The translations under genes were made by a program, and so were the position numbers. A stretch of 64,000 bases of DNA from Podarcis tiliguerta (lineage: Eukaryota). Under the pieces are notes generated by a model, which was not told the origin of the DNA, did no database searches, and saw only the letters and a program-made list of their open reading frames with translations. The stretch's first letter is position 1; every line of letters starts with the position of its first letter. This document shows positions 25,189 through 37,763 of this stretch, piece by piece. The stretch lies in the NCBI GenBank assembly GCA_965153285.1, contig OZ229111.1; one strand, written 5' to 3'.

Positions 25189-26029
25189 CCCTCCAGTTAA
25201 ATTTGCATCTCTATTGGTTCCTTTGAACACCTGGGTGCTAGTCCGGGAAATAGTGTGGTGACCTCCTTGAGATCGGTAGGGGTTTTCCCAACTCTTTTCC
25301 CCCCAACTGAAGTGCCTAGATCTTGGTGTCTGTGTGCATCAAAAGCACTTTGTAATGCAGTGTGGGAAGATGATGTTAAGGTAGTGTAGAAGAGCCAGCA
25401 GCCCCACCAAACATTCAGAAGCCTAAAAGTGAAAACCTCTCAGCATTGTTGGCTGCCTTGCGTCTAATGTCAACCTGACCATCTATCTATATATGTCCCT
25501 TTGGGAATTGTTTCTCTGAATTTGTGTCACCTGCAAACTATCTGTGAGAAAAATTGCTGTAAACCATTATCTGCAAAAGAAGTCCTCTTCAGGGATTTGA
25601 CCTGGAGCCCTGTGGGTTAAAGTGGGTGTGGTGGGAGTGGCACATGGCTTCTCCCCCCCCCCCAAATCTGACCTTCACTTGCAAACTGTGAAAGTCTGAA
25701 GTTTTTCCCCCTAAAAAACACGCAAGTGCATTTGGGTGCATAAGCTTACAAGCTTCTCTGATACTGGGAATCCCCATAAGGCATTTGCCCAAGCAAAGCC
25801 CCTTTCAGACCTCCATCCCAAACAAGTGAAGGTCAGGCATGGAAGGGCTGTGGGTGATGCCCATGCTCTCAGTTGCCCTTCCCACTTTTGCGATGCTTGT
25901 GCCCCCTTCCTACTTCAGCCCCTCCCACTTCAGGCTGAATGTCTGGAAAGGCACACAGTTTGAAAGGCAACGTCAAAACTTCATGGACATATGATTCTCA
26001 CGAGGCCACCAGAGACCCAGAGTACTCAC

Positions 26030-26137
26030 GTAGTTATCTCTTGCAGACCAGCCGGGGTAGAGCTGCATGTGGAGCTGCCTTTCCTTGCGGGCCAGTTCAT
26101 AGTACTTGGCTTGCTCCTCCCGTGACAGCGCGTGCCA
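26030..26137 (-). CDS. TCF7: TCF7 HMG box, second exon, 108 nt
   Basis: Acceptor tctgtttcag and donor GTGAGT. Encodes [36 protein letters not shown]. Confidence 0.98.
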
Positions 26138-26229
26138 CTGAAACAGAAACCACAGAAAGCCGTGAGACACCAAGAGACACCATCCCTCTGATCAGAAAAG
26201 AGCAAATGCTAAGAGTGGATACCAGACAT

Positions 26230-26352
26230 CAGGCCCAGGGAACCTTTGCCCCTGCAGATGTTGCTGAACTGCACCTCCCATCAGCTCCAATGGCTAGGGA
26301 TGATGGGAGGTGTGGCTAGCAACACCTGGAGGGCCAAAGGTTCCCAGGCCTG
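26230..26352. mobile_element. Palindromic hAT-type MITE (older copy)
   Basis: TIRs caggcccagggaacctttg / caaaggttcccaggcctg and internal ctcccatca...tgatgggag hairpin. Relatives at about 28712-28845, 42770-42900 and 54810-54950. Confidence 0.7.
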
Positions 26353-28247
26353 CCACATATGGAAACAGTGCAGAGGCAGCTCACAACCACTTCTGAGAGG
26401 ACCAGCAAAACCACCCTGAATCGGAAAACAGAAAGTTTCCAGAATTTTGGAAGGCAAGGGAATAATTTAATGAAGTTTCCATTGGTATCAATGGGAAATC
26501 TTTAATGTTTGTAGCCATACCAAGTGGTGGTGGTGATGGTAGTGGAGATTTTCAGGTGGGTTGCACTGCAGACAATTACCTGCCCCACCCCGAGAAGCTG
26601 TCATCAACTAAAGAAATGCTAGATGCTGAGCTGCCTGCTACATATTAAACAAAGACTTAGTTTGGTCCTTATACACCATTATTCCAGTCACTGTAATGTA
26701 GTTGCACACAGCTCTCTGTTTTTATTCAAATAGACCGCTGTGTGCAGGGAGCAGGAAACCTTTGCCATATAACCAGAAAGCAACAGTCTCTTATTTCTAG
26801 ACATGAATGGTGAAGCATTTTGACTGCTCAAGTAAGACAAAACTGTTTTGGGAAAATGGAGAAGCCCACATTGGACTAAACAACCATTTCTTTTTGTGGG
26901 TTTTCTCCTCCTTTGGCTTCTACAGAACAAACAAAAGTACAGGAAAAACCAGGTCTTTACTGTCAAAATTTAAAATCAGAGTTATAATGTAGAGTTCTTG
27001 GGATTAAATTTAAGTTGTGTGGCTCAGTGGTTTGTGCTCACAGAAACAAGGGGAAGTTGTATGCCAAGGTTAAGGGGGGGAGGAGTCCAGTAAATCCACT
27101 GATCATGAACTTGGCCAACCCAGAGTCAAATCCTTGCTCAACCATAGACTCACTGAGTGGTCACTGGTAGGTCCCAAGGCTTCACTCAAAAGTTCCCCAC
27201 TTACACAGTGAAAATAACGGACTCATCTCACATGGTTTTGCAGACGAGTGCTTTGTGAAGTGAAAAGCACTTTACATGTTAGAAGTGATCCAGCAACGAT
27301 TGCGAAGTCTTAGCTGAAAACATATTGCTGCAACTTAAATTTCCTGACAACATAGCAGCCTTGGAAAACCCCAATAATAAAATGAATTATGCTCAGTGAT
27401 GTGAGGAGTGGCATACAGTCTGCCACAGGTGGCAGTGGGCTGGCAAAAGACAATAAAACACAAAGCAAGGTGTTGAAGGCTTTCCTTGGCAGTTCCTACA
27501 GCAACATAAGGTTCCTTAAGACAACCTATGAAATTCATTATGGTGGATCTTGAAGCCCACATAAATGCACTCAGTGGAGGACATTTAGGCTATATAGGGA
27601 GAAGGTGGAGTAAAAGCATGGAGGCCTTGGCTCCCTTAGTTTCTGCTGACCCTTTCAAATTCTGCTGCAAGTCTGTAATACAGTCTGCCAGGCCACTACA
27701 ACTAAGAGAGTGATTTCAAAACCATTAATGAGTATCCTAAAGAAAAGAAATACCCAGCAGGGGCCACAGTCATCAGTCCCAACTTCACTTGAGCAGGGAC
27801 ACCCAACCCGCACCCCATTAACCTCCTTGCTAAGCATGGTTACCCTAACAACAGCATAGCAGCCCATCCACAGTGCTGTGGGAACCTCCAGCTAATTCAG
27901 CTTGCAAATGGCCATTTGGGAATCTACACCACCAAGCATGAAAGGCCAGCCATGTTCCACCATCTTTACCAACCCAGTGGAGTTGGGTCTGTATTTGCTC
28001 TTCAGGAGGCTGGATGAAGCCTGTGCTTGGATCCTGCTTGTAGGCTTCCCACAGACATCAGGTTGGGTGCTGTGAGAACAATATGGTGGACTAGATAGGC
28101 CCGATCTTCTAGTCAAGGCTCTCCTCACGTTCTTTAAGCATGGATCCAAAAAGCGCCTCTGGAAGTACTGCAGATGCATTTGCTAGCGCATATCCACGAC
28201 GCCTCCCTAGTCATCAGAACACCCCCACCTCCTTTTTGTGCTCTTAC

Positions 28248-28410
28248 CCGCCTTCCTAATATCTGATTGATGGCTGCACTTTCTTTCAAGGTGCACTCAG
28301 CAATGACTGTCCCCCGCATCTCTTTCATATACAGCATGAAAGCGTTCAGAGGCTTCTTGATGGTAGGCTTCTTGGCTTCCTTCTCTCTCTTTGGTTCTGG
28401 TTGTGATTTC
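28248..28410 (-). CDS. TCF7: TCF7 HMG box, first exon, 163 nt
   Basis: Acceptor tttccggcaag and donor GTAAGA. Encodes [54 protein letters not shown]. Confidence 0.98.
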
Positions 28411-29043
28411 CTTGCCGGAAACAGGAAAAAAACAACAACTGGTTAGTAAAAAAGAACTGAGTGGTAACCGGAACTCTTGGCTGCTGGGAGAAGACTAAAA
28501 TCCATGAGCCAAAACTTAAGATTTAAATATATATATTAACAGTAAAATACAGACTCCAGCAATGGCCTAGTTGCTACCATTGGAGACACAACACTGGACT
28601 TTTTACAGTCCTGATTTGGCACAGACAGATATTACCTGTGATTTATTAAATGCGAGGCAAAACCCACTGCATTTACTGTTCCAATTTGCAGAACTGTAAA
28701 TGGTCTGCATCTGGGCTGGGGACCTCTGTGGTCCTTCAGGTGTTGTTGGACTCCAACTTCCATCAGCCCCAGCCCGCATTGTCAATGGTCAGGGATGATG
28801 GCGCAGGAACCCAGAAACATTTGAAGGGCATCAGTTTCCCCATCAAAACAGGCCTTGGGGCAGGGGGAAGCAGAGTGGCTGAGAGAAGCGTGAAATGTCA
28901 CCCTCCTAGCTACCTTTTCCCCACTGGAAGTGGCACCATACTGGCTCTGCTTTGCCAAGGAGAAGCAGCTTCAGAAAGGTGCAAAATGGATGTGGAATTC
29001 TATCGTTCCAGCCTAAGCTTTCTCCCCAGACCTGGTCACTTAC

Positions 29044-29154
29044 ATGCTCCGGTCGTAATGGTCAAACTCTTGTTTCCCAGAGGGAGATGTGATACCCGGG
29101 TGCGGGATGCCTGTGGTGTGCATTCCAGAGCCGAGCATCAAGGGATGTGTGATC
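29044..29154 (-). CDS. TCF7: TCF7 context-regulatory exon, 111 nt
   Basis: Acceptor atgttacag and donor GTAAGT. Encodes ITHPLMLGSGMHTTGIPHPGITSPSGKQEFDHYDRS(M), phases 2 to 2. Confidence 0.96.
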
Positions 29155-30966
29155 CTGTAACATAAAGCATGTTTGTGACTGCCTGGGCTTTTTAACAGAT
29201 TACAGACCTCCTGGGTTTCATACTGCAGTTGGACTCATGCTAAATAAATGAGAGCGAGAGAGAGAGAGAGGACCACCTTTAAGAATGCTCAGTAGACTGA
29301 TATTAAAACGGAATGGATGCATATTCAATGACAATTCCAAAAAACACACACCAGCGGAAACATGGTGGATGGGTTTCTAAAAGCTTACGCAGCTGCAAAA
29401 GGTCTGTAGCATGGATCCTTAGTTATATTCTGTGGAGCTGCCACATTCTGGGACAGGGCCATTGAATTAAGACAGGCAACACTGGGACATTTAGCAATGG
29501 CAATCCTACCTAACGATTTGTTTTTCAAGTGTTTGGGAGACAGAGGTTTTCCCACTAGGTGGCACTCTTTGAATTTTTCCTTCTATATTCATAGTGGCAA
29601 CTGAGCAGGAGCCCATTAACTGAGTACAATTTACATGTGAAGTAACTCTCTGACATCCATTTGCATTATCCTATGTCATCCTGACATTCTGTAGTAGTAG
29701 CAGCAGCAGTAATAATAATAATAATTTATAATTTATACCCCACCCACCTGGCTGGGTTTCTGTAAGTGAAGCATTCTTTCTGAACTATAATAACACCCAA
29801 GAGTGCTGCATCGCAGCTCTTGACGAAGCTGATGGCAATGCCAAGCCTGACTTGGTATTTTCTCCTCATCGGGCCTGCAGTTAAATAGAGGCTACAAGAC
29901 TTAATTTGGTGTGTGATTAAACTTAAAGAGCTGTACTTAACTGTTCTCAGCGCACACACCAGTTTTCAGTTTCAAAGAGTGGGCATTTTGCACTGGCTTT
30001 TGGCTGCGTATGTTTGGTTTGGGGCTGTCTTGCCCAAGTAATCCATGGTCCTAGTGACACTGTGAAGTGTGGCTAAGCCCATTTCAGGTTAGGCCTTGGG
30101 CAAAATTTTTATACCAACTGCTTTGCAAAAACAATATGGAATTAAGCCATTGGTCCTTCTAGCTCAGTACCCTGGCTCTCCAGGGTTTCAGGCAGGGTTC
30201 TCTCACAGCCATATCTGGAGATACCAATGATTGAAGCAGATGCCCTCTCACTAAGCCTCAGCCTAACCGTGTGATCTAGCACCTCACGTTGGATATTCAG
30301 ATCTCACTTGTCTGTATTGTTAGGGCTGTAACATAAACATTATGGCCGTCTCCAGGCCTCATTGCCTCCCTGGAGCAATTCTGAGCACAATGGGACCTGG
30401 GAGGGTAAATCCAATGCTATCATTGCGATCATAACACAGCTACTTAAGATTAATAGTTTATACACCCTTCATCAGGCCTGTAAAATATTTTCAGCACTGG
30501 AGAATGATGCTGTCAGTTTACCAAGCTTCATGACTGAAGCTTGAGACAGCAGGATTGCCCATGGGAGACAACCAACTGTTCATTAGCTCTGTTGGCACAA
30601 AAAGAAATGATGCTTGATTTTAATCTACTGGCATGACTTGAAGCTTGATCATTATCTGCCGAGGTGTGTGTTCTTGTCTGCGAAACCTGTAAAGTGGGAA
30701 TGCTGGTATGATGAAGAATGAAACTGTCAGGCAACCAAGGAGGTCTGCAGAGTCATTTATCTTAAATATTAAGATGCTTAGACTGGAGTAGTTGCCTCCG
30801 GCAGGCTGAAAATTAAGGTAATAACAATAATAATCGTCCTCATCATAATCAAGTGCCTTTTTCGACTACTGTTCCTAAAGCAAATCCCATGATGTCTTCA
30901 TCAAGAGACGTACTGAGCACTCTCATTAAGACTACACAGAGTAGAAGCCAAAGCTAGAGAGATGCC

Positions 30967-31181
30967 NNNNNNNNNNNNNNNNNNNNNNNNNNNNNNNNNN
31001 NNNNNNNNNNNNNNNNNNNNNNNNNNNNNNNNNNNNNNNNNNNNNNNNNNNNNNNNNNNNNNNNNNNNNNNNNNNNNNNNNNNNNNNNNNNNNNNNNNNN
31101 NNNNNNNNNNNNNNNNNNNNNNNNNNNNNNNNNNNNNNNNNNNNNNNNNNNNNNNNNNNNNNNNNNNNNNNNNNNNNNNNN
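30967..31181. other. Assembly gap (215 N)
   Basis: Run of n. Confidence 1.
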
Positions 31182-31432
31182 CCCTGTCGGACCTTCTCAA
31201 GACAGACAAGGAAGATGGAAGTTGGCTTCAGATCCTTATAATGAATTCTGGAACAACAAGTGCAGATCTGGAGGGACAATGGAAAATTTGTGTTCCCTTA
31301 TGAAGGCAGGTCTAAGTTTTTTAAAGTGTTGCATGGGGGGCACTGCAGTACACAGTCCTGCCACCACAAAAGGAACAGCCTGAAAAAAGCAAATATTTGG
31401 TTTGTATAATAGTATACTGATGCTTCTAGTTT

Positions 31433-31675
31433 AGAAGAAGAAGAAGAGTTTGGATTTGATATCCCGCCTTTCACTCCCTTTAAGGAGTCTCAAAGCGGCT
31501 AACATTCTCCTTTCCCTTCCTCCCCCACAACAAACACTCTGTGAGGTGAGTGGGGCTGAGAGACTGTGACTGGCCCAAGGTCACCCAGCAGCTGCATGTG
31601 GAGGAGCGGAGACGCGAACCCGGTTACCCAGATTACGTGACTACCGCTCTTAACCACTACACCACACTGGCTCTC
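31433..31675 (-). mobile_element. Squam3-like tRNA SINE
   Basis: Minus strand reads gagagccagtgtggtgtagtggttaagagc...gggttcgcgtctcc...gggtgaccttgggccagtcac...(ttc)n. Confidence 0.85.
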
Positions 31676-32656
31676 TGGCACTGGCACTGCCATCCTCAGC
31701 TGTTGTAAATTGCCATACATTTCCAGGTTACCAAAGCCAGCAATCCTAAGCCAAGGGAGGGCTCTTGTCAGGGGCCATACAAGGAATTAACTGAACAAGC
31801 AGGACATTGCCAGGCATCTGCCTTGCACTCAAGTAGTGCATGAGGCATGGAGGAAAGCTGGCAGTGGACTCAAGTAGTGGAGTGAGGTAGGAATGAGAAC
31901 CTGACCTGATGGTTTGAATTTATCAGGTTCTCTGTCCCAAACAAGACCAATTTCTACTCTTGTTAGCTGAAGATGATGACCATTGCAAAGGTAGTAATAG
32001 GGGTGCCCATTATGTTCTGCAGTATTATGAAGTGACACCAAAAGGGGAGCATTGTGCTGGAAACAGACAACAGCGTTGTTGGTTCTTTTGAGAGCTGAAA
32101 GCAAAAAGAGACACCATTGCCTGCAATGTGTGCGCTCATCTTTCTTACCAGGCCTGGTAAATAACTTTTGCAAAGTTTTGCATTGTTGTTGTTGTTTATA
32201 AAAAAAATCTGGGGAGGAAGAACTGTTTAACCACAGGCAACAATAGAGCAAAAGAAATGTGTGCACACCATGAGAGGTGAAACCTTTCGTCAAAGCACTT
32301 ACAGACTCAATTTTTTGTCTCCAGCCACATAAGACTAAGAGACATACTGACGTTTGAGGCTGCAGCGGTGGTGCTCACATGAAGACGGACTTTACAGCAT
32401 CTTCATGAGGGTTCTCTCTCTCCACCCCCTACTATGGTTGACCAAAGCCAAAATTGTGTTACTCCTTTTTGAGAGCGTGCTAAGTTTGTGTGTTGTTTTA
32501 AAGTATTATTATTTTAAAAAGCCACCTGTCTAAAACAGGAGACTCCCTTCCCTGTTGCTGCCACCCAGAAGCCTCCCTAAGTGCTGCAAGCTTGAACGGC
32601 ATGGACTGCAAAAGAAGCAGAGCGATTGTGTCCTGACTTAGGCAGCTCATACTTAC

Positions 32657-32743
32657 CTAGAGAAAGAAGCCCCAGCAGTGAGCGCCGACGTATAGGGCTG
32701 TCTAAATCCACATGACTGGAAAGGACAGACAGGCTGGCTCTGC
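32657..32743 (-). CDS. TCF7: TCF7 alternative (cassette) exon, 87 nt
   Basis: Acceptor tcttcctgatcccag and donor GTAAGT, symmetric phase 2-2. Encodes QSQPVCPFQSCGFRQPYTSALTAGASFSR, homologous to the LEF1 cassette QGQPVYPITGGFRQPYPSSL. Confidence 0.9.
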
Positions 32744-33317
32744 CTGGGATCAGGAAGAAAGAGTCCATAAAGCATCTATATCGGTGCCACCTTTCCTGCA
32801 TACCCTTTTCCCAACTGGACTCATCACGGACTTGTATTTTTGGGAAAAGGAGAAGCCTTCTGTTGTACATTGGCTTCTGTCCCGATGGGCAGGTGAGGTG
32901 AGGTGAGTTTCAGCTGGAGGTGGGTCTAAACAGGTCTACAGGAAAGTTCCACTAATGCCACCTTAAAACCCTACCTGTGCTTATTATACTCTCAGCTCTG
33001 CAACGTTGCTAAAGAACTAGGCCTCGATCCAAGTTGATTTGCACACAAGCTTCTTGATGCACCCTCCCTATAGCCCTAAAAGAGTGACATTTCAAATCCT
33101 ACTGCATGTTGATTCCAAATGCTTTCTCCTTAGCTGTAATTGAAGCAGGAACCTTTGGGTTTGGAGTGCTGTTGATGGCATTGCTTACTCTTGATTCTGC
33201 ACCTTAGTCCCTAAAAGCTGGTGCAGGGTGAAGATGAGCAGGATCAACATGAGTGGCACAGCTGGAAGACTGAGTATAGTTCAAACTCCCACAATAGTTT
33301 GTGCCTGCTCTTTGATC

Positions 33318-33463
33318 CAGTGGCGTAGCGTGGGTTGTCAGCAGCCGGGGCAAGGCAAATAATTTGCGCCCCCTAACCCGTGGATTTGCGCCCCCTAACC
33401 CTAACCCTCAGATGTTGCGCCCGGTGCGGCCGGCCCCCCTGCACCCCCCACGCTACGCCACTG
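33318..33463. mobile_element. Young 146-bp hAT MITE
   Basis: Perfect 17-bp TIR cagtggcgtagcgtggg, perfect 8-bp TSD ctttgatc, CpG-rich. Confidence 0.92.
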
Positions 33464-33637
33464 CTTTGATCTATGCCCTTGCTCCCCTAGTGGGTTAGTG
33501 TTAAGGCCTGGGTAGACCTCTCTGCATCAATATTAATAGGCAGATTACAATGGCTGTTGAGTTCTGAGTCAGTAGGTCCAAATCACACTTGAACTCATTA
33601 GGCGAACTTAGACAACTCTCTGCTCCTTCTCCCTAAG

Positions 33638-33641
<4 letters not shown>

Positions 33642-33689
<48 letters not shown>
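33642..33689. repeat. (AAT)16 microsatellite
   Basis: Direct reading. Confidence 0.95.
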
Positions 33690-33690
<1 letters not shown>

Positions 33691-36192
33691 GAGGCCTACT
33701 TGACAGGCTGAACAGAGGGATCAATGACATATGTATTATTACTATTCCTACTAATTCATTACTTGCTTATAAACTTGCAACCCAAGCAACATTGCTGCAA
33801 ACTTAGGAGCACATGTAAAAATATGCCGAACACTAGCCAAGTGCTACAACAGGAAGCAGGCTTTTGAAGTTTCAACATTTGGGCCTTGGAGATGAGAACA
33901 CAGTTTAATTCTGAAGTGACATTCATTATTCCATAGGCCAAGATTCCCCGAGAAAAGAAATGGTCATAGCCAAGGAAGCTTTTCATCAATGTGAACCTGA
34001 CATGGAAATTATTTCAACTGGAAAATCAATCCACGATTCTGACTATTCAGAATGAAAGTGCTTTTTTTGTATGTGTCTGTATGTGCGTGTTTTTTTTAAA
34101 AAACCCTGTGAAAGTAGAATGGAAATATTTATTTACTTAAGTTATTTCAAAACCAGCATGCGGCATCAAGTTAAATTGTTGCATACGTAGCTCATATTGT
34201 GCAGCTGACACCATTTACAAGGCTTTTTAGGGAAGGTGTGTTTGCAGCTAAGCTTCAGTGAACAAGCTCACCAGACTGGACTGCAAGTCATTTTTATTTG
34301 AGGTTCTTGACTTGTCATTCCACCTAATTAAAGGGAGACTTATTGCAGGGCCTCTTCCCCAAAATACTTGGCAGGTACAAAGGACATTCCTGCCGAACTC
34401 TTTCTTGCTAAGGAAAAGCTGCTTCCTGCATTCAGACCTCTTTGTGTTTGAAGTCAGCCTCATTCCAGATCAGTGAACGTTCAGAGCCATTCACATACCA
34501 CAGTGCTTGTTACTGGCAGATGGGGGCTCTGAAGTCTTCCTCCTCCTCCACAATTAATTTCAGCACTGCTAACGCTGCCAAACCTCTGCAAAGCATGGTG
34601 TGGAGAGGCCAAGTAACAAAACACCCCCCCCACACCCCTAGCCGTATTATTGGAGGGGCATCAGTTGCACTTGCTTGTAGACAGATCAGTGTATACAAAT
34701 GGGAGAAGATTGCATACAGTATATAGGCCGGGAAACATTTAAACTGCAAATTTGGAGAAGCCAAGTAAATATAAAATCCCCGAGAACAAGTTTTTAACTA
34801 AATGCTTATACCTTACTGAGCTTGCAGAGAAATTAAGCCACACCTAACTTTCTTAGCGCTCTATGCAATGACTGCAATCCAAAGATAAACTTGCACCAGT
34901 TTTATAGGGTCACAAAGTGTACTTCTGCGTAAGCATCTGAAGTACACCCACATGCAAATGGTACTGTGCACACATTGTGGGATTTTCCACTGCACACTGA
35001 TGCACCAGGAGTTCATAGCCAAGTGCTGCAATTCAGTAAGCTCTGGGAAATGCTATCATAACATCTTTATGATTTACATATGGGTTTCCTCAACTTTTTA
35101 TAGGTATTTGAATTTTGTGCAGGAACTTCGTTTCATTTAGGAATGTCAATATGAGTGAAAGAGTGCAAAGTCATGGCCATATTGGGGCTCCCTGTTGTGC
35201 ATTTAGGGACACAGCTGGGTTGTCATTTTTTACATATGCTGTGAGAAACAAAAACTGGTGGTGTACTATCAGCAAACACAATTTCTGCACAAAGCATGAA
35301 ATTGGTCTGACTCTGCTGTGCACCAGTGTTTGGAGAAGAGAGATAGACCTTCTCCTGATATGCTGTGCGTCCCATTCCTGCTTGGGTCCTGCTGCAGTGT
35401 TGCTGGTTTTTTAAAACAGAAAGATGTAAATGAAGACACATATTTAATGTAACATGTAGCCTGGCCCATGGTCAGATACAAAGCAGTTTTCTACATATGT
35501 GCAGGCCTCTGGATTCCAGCCCCAGTGCAAGTGGAAGAAAAACTGGGCTTCCTCTAGATGCAACTTTTTGATGGAAACAGACATTGCATTGAAAATGGAG
35601 AAATATTGGTGCTGGCTATGGGGAGAAAGTGCTAATGGAAATATCTGCCTCCTGATCTCTTTAATCCCCTACTAAAAATCTGGCTGTCTGATCACTAGCT
35701 GTTAAAGTTGGCAAGAGGGGCTAATAGAAAGTAAAAGCATGAAGATGCTGCCCGATCAAGCAACAAACCAATTTTAGTATTCAGTATCAGCTTTGCTTTC
35801 TAGAAGCAGGGTTTGTGCCTTACATACTTCCTGTCTGTCTTTTCTGCGGACACTCTTCCAAGCCGACAGAAAAATAACCCAGAGGTCTTCCTATCCTCTC
35901 CAAATTACTTTATTCCTTTTAAACAGTAGTTAATCATCGCCCAAACTATAGCAAGTCTAGGACAGACACAATGTTAAACATAAAACATCTAAAGAACCAA
36001 TCAACCAACCAACCAACCATAAAGCCTGAAGCCTCAGGTGCCTCTTCTTTGTGAATAAATATATAGAACATCATTTGGTAGTCAAATATTGTATTGTATT
36101 GCTTTGTGATGTGTTTTATTGCATCTCCCTTAGGTGATGCACTTAACATGCCTGTGCCACAGTTATGGCAGAAATTCCTATCTGCACACTGC

Positions 36193-36619
36193 TAAGGATG
36201 GGTGAATCTGCAAATGATGGTTTCTTTCCATTTCTCATTCTTCCAATCTTAAGTTTAGTTCTGCACATTTTGTGTGTGTGTGTGTTTTAAAAAATCTTTG
36301 TGGAAATTCACTAACATTTTAGTGTGAATTTCTCCCAAGATGCACATGTTTATATGCTATTTTACATTTTTGCAAAACAGTATCGCCGAACATAATGCAT
36401 CTTTGTAGGTTACTTTCACTAACATGTGCATTTTTATGCACACTTTGTCCCAGTACATTCACTTTTGCACACATTACTTGGCTGGAGAACTACAGTGCAA
36501 AATTCAGAAAAGCACAAGTTTTGAAGGCTGTCTTTAGATTTCAGTATCGTTTTGGAAAACACAAATTAGTTAGGTTCACCTTTAAATGCAAACTGAACCA
36601 AATATCTCCCCCATCTCTA
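36193..36619. mobile_element. Old non-autonomous DNA transposon
   Basis: Ends taaggatggg / cccatctcta. Shares sequence in inverted orientation with 62520-62866 (e.g. ttccatttctcatt vs aatgagaaatgga). Confidence 0.6.
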
Positions 36620-37446
36620 CAGAGTGCGTTCAGCTGATATGCAGAAACTTTGCTCTCTATTATTATTATTATTATTATTAGTAGTAGTAGTAGTAGTAAT
36701 AATAGTAATATTCTGGCAACCTCTTCAGTTCAGAAATGGTGGGTTGAAGTTTCTACAATTCCACAATGTCATGCATTGCACAGTTCTACCAATGCCTGCT
36801 GCATCACGTAAGTGAATTAATACATGGAAGGGGTGGGGAGAGGTCTACTTAGTGTTGAATGTGTGTTGAATGCCTTTGTCTCCTCAGCTTCTGGCCTAAA
36901 TATACAGCCATGAAGTGGAGAAAATGCTGTCCATCTTCATTTAAAAGACTCTGCCACAGATTGCATTTTCTCTCTCTCTTGCATGTTTACCAGGACCCAC
37001 GTTGGATTACCATTAATCCATAGTAAGAAGGGAAAGTGCATCTGTAGAACCATATGTTTTAGGGACAGAATTTAACAACAATATTTCTTCAATAACTCAG
37101 GTATGCACATGCCGTGGTGAGAAGAAAGCAAATTCTATGACCTACCACACTCTTCCTTGTTATTGGCATTTCAGAATGGCAGCATGGGGCTGAACAAGAG
37201 ATTCTAGGCCAAGGGTCAACACAACAGTCCTTGATCAAAGTAGGAGAGCAGGAGAGAGAACCAATATCTTGCTCAAAATCTTTTTTCCCCACATCTAGAC
37301 CAGTGCCAAGAACTAATTGTGGTGCCAGGAAAAAGTATACTGAAATGTGTACACATACAGTTTCAGGTGTTGTGGAGAATGGTTGGTGTTGCCCAGGTAG
37401 CCCAATTTGGACAAACTTCCCTCAGTTATAGGTGTTTAATACTTAC

Positions 37447-37537
37447 CATCCCATAGAAGGTGTTATCTGTCCAACTCCACTAGGAGGGAGGGAATAGAAA
37501 CCAGAAATGTCTGATGTTTGAGAAGGACGGTGTACAC
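37447..37537 (-). CDS. TCF7: TCF7 context-regulatory exon, 91 nt
   Basis: Acceptor ttctctgccag and donor GTAAGT. Encodes GVHRPSQTSDISGFYSLLPSGVGQITPSMGW, phases 1 to 2. Confidence 0.96.
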
Positions 37538-37763
37538 CTGGCAGAGAATCGAAACATCAGGAAGTTTAGGTGAAGCAATTTCTAGCTTTCTTTTAAGTAG
37601 CATTAACTTGGCTAAAACGGACAAAGGTTCAGTATTTCTTAGCATCCAATAACCAGAATTGGTTAACTTACTTTGTCTCTCCCTTGTCCCCCATTTTTGG
37701 ACAGAATAAATATCCTTAGGCTTTCCTATCTATTAAGATACTCTTCAACACAATACTGCAACC

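Noticed and set aside
30901-31303. ORFs spanning the N run
   Set aside because: Artefacts of translating the gap.
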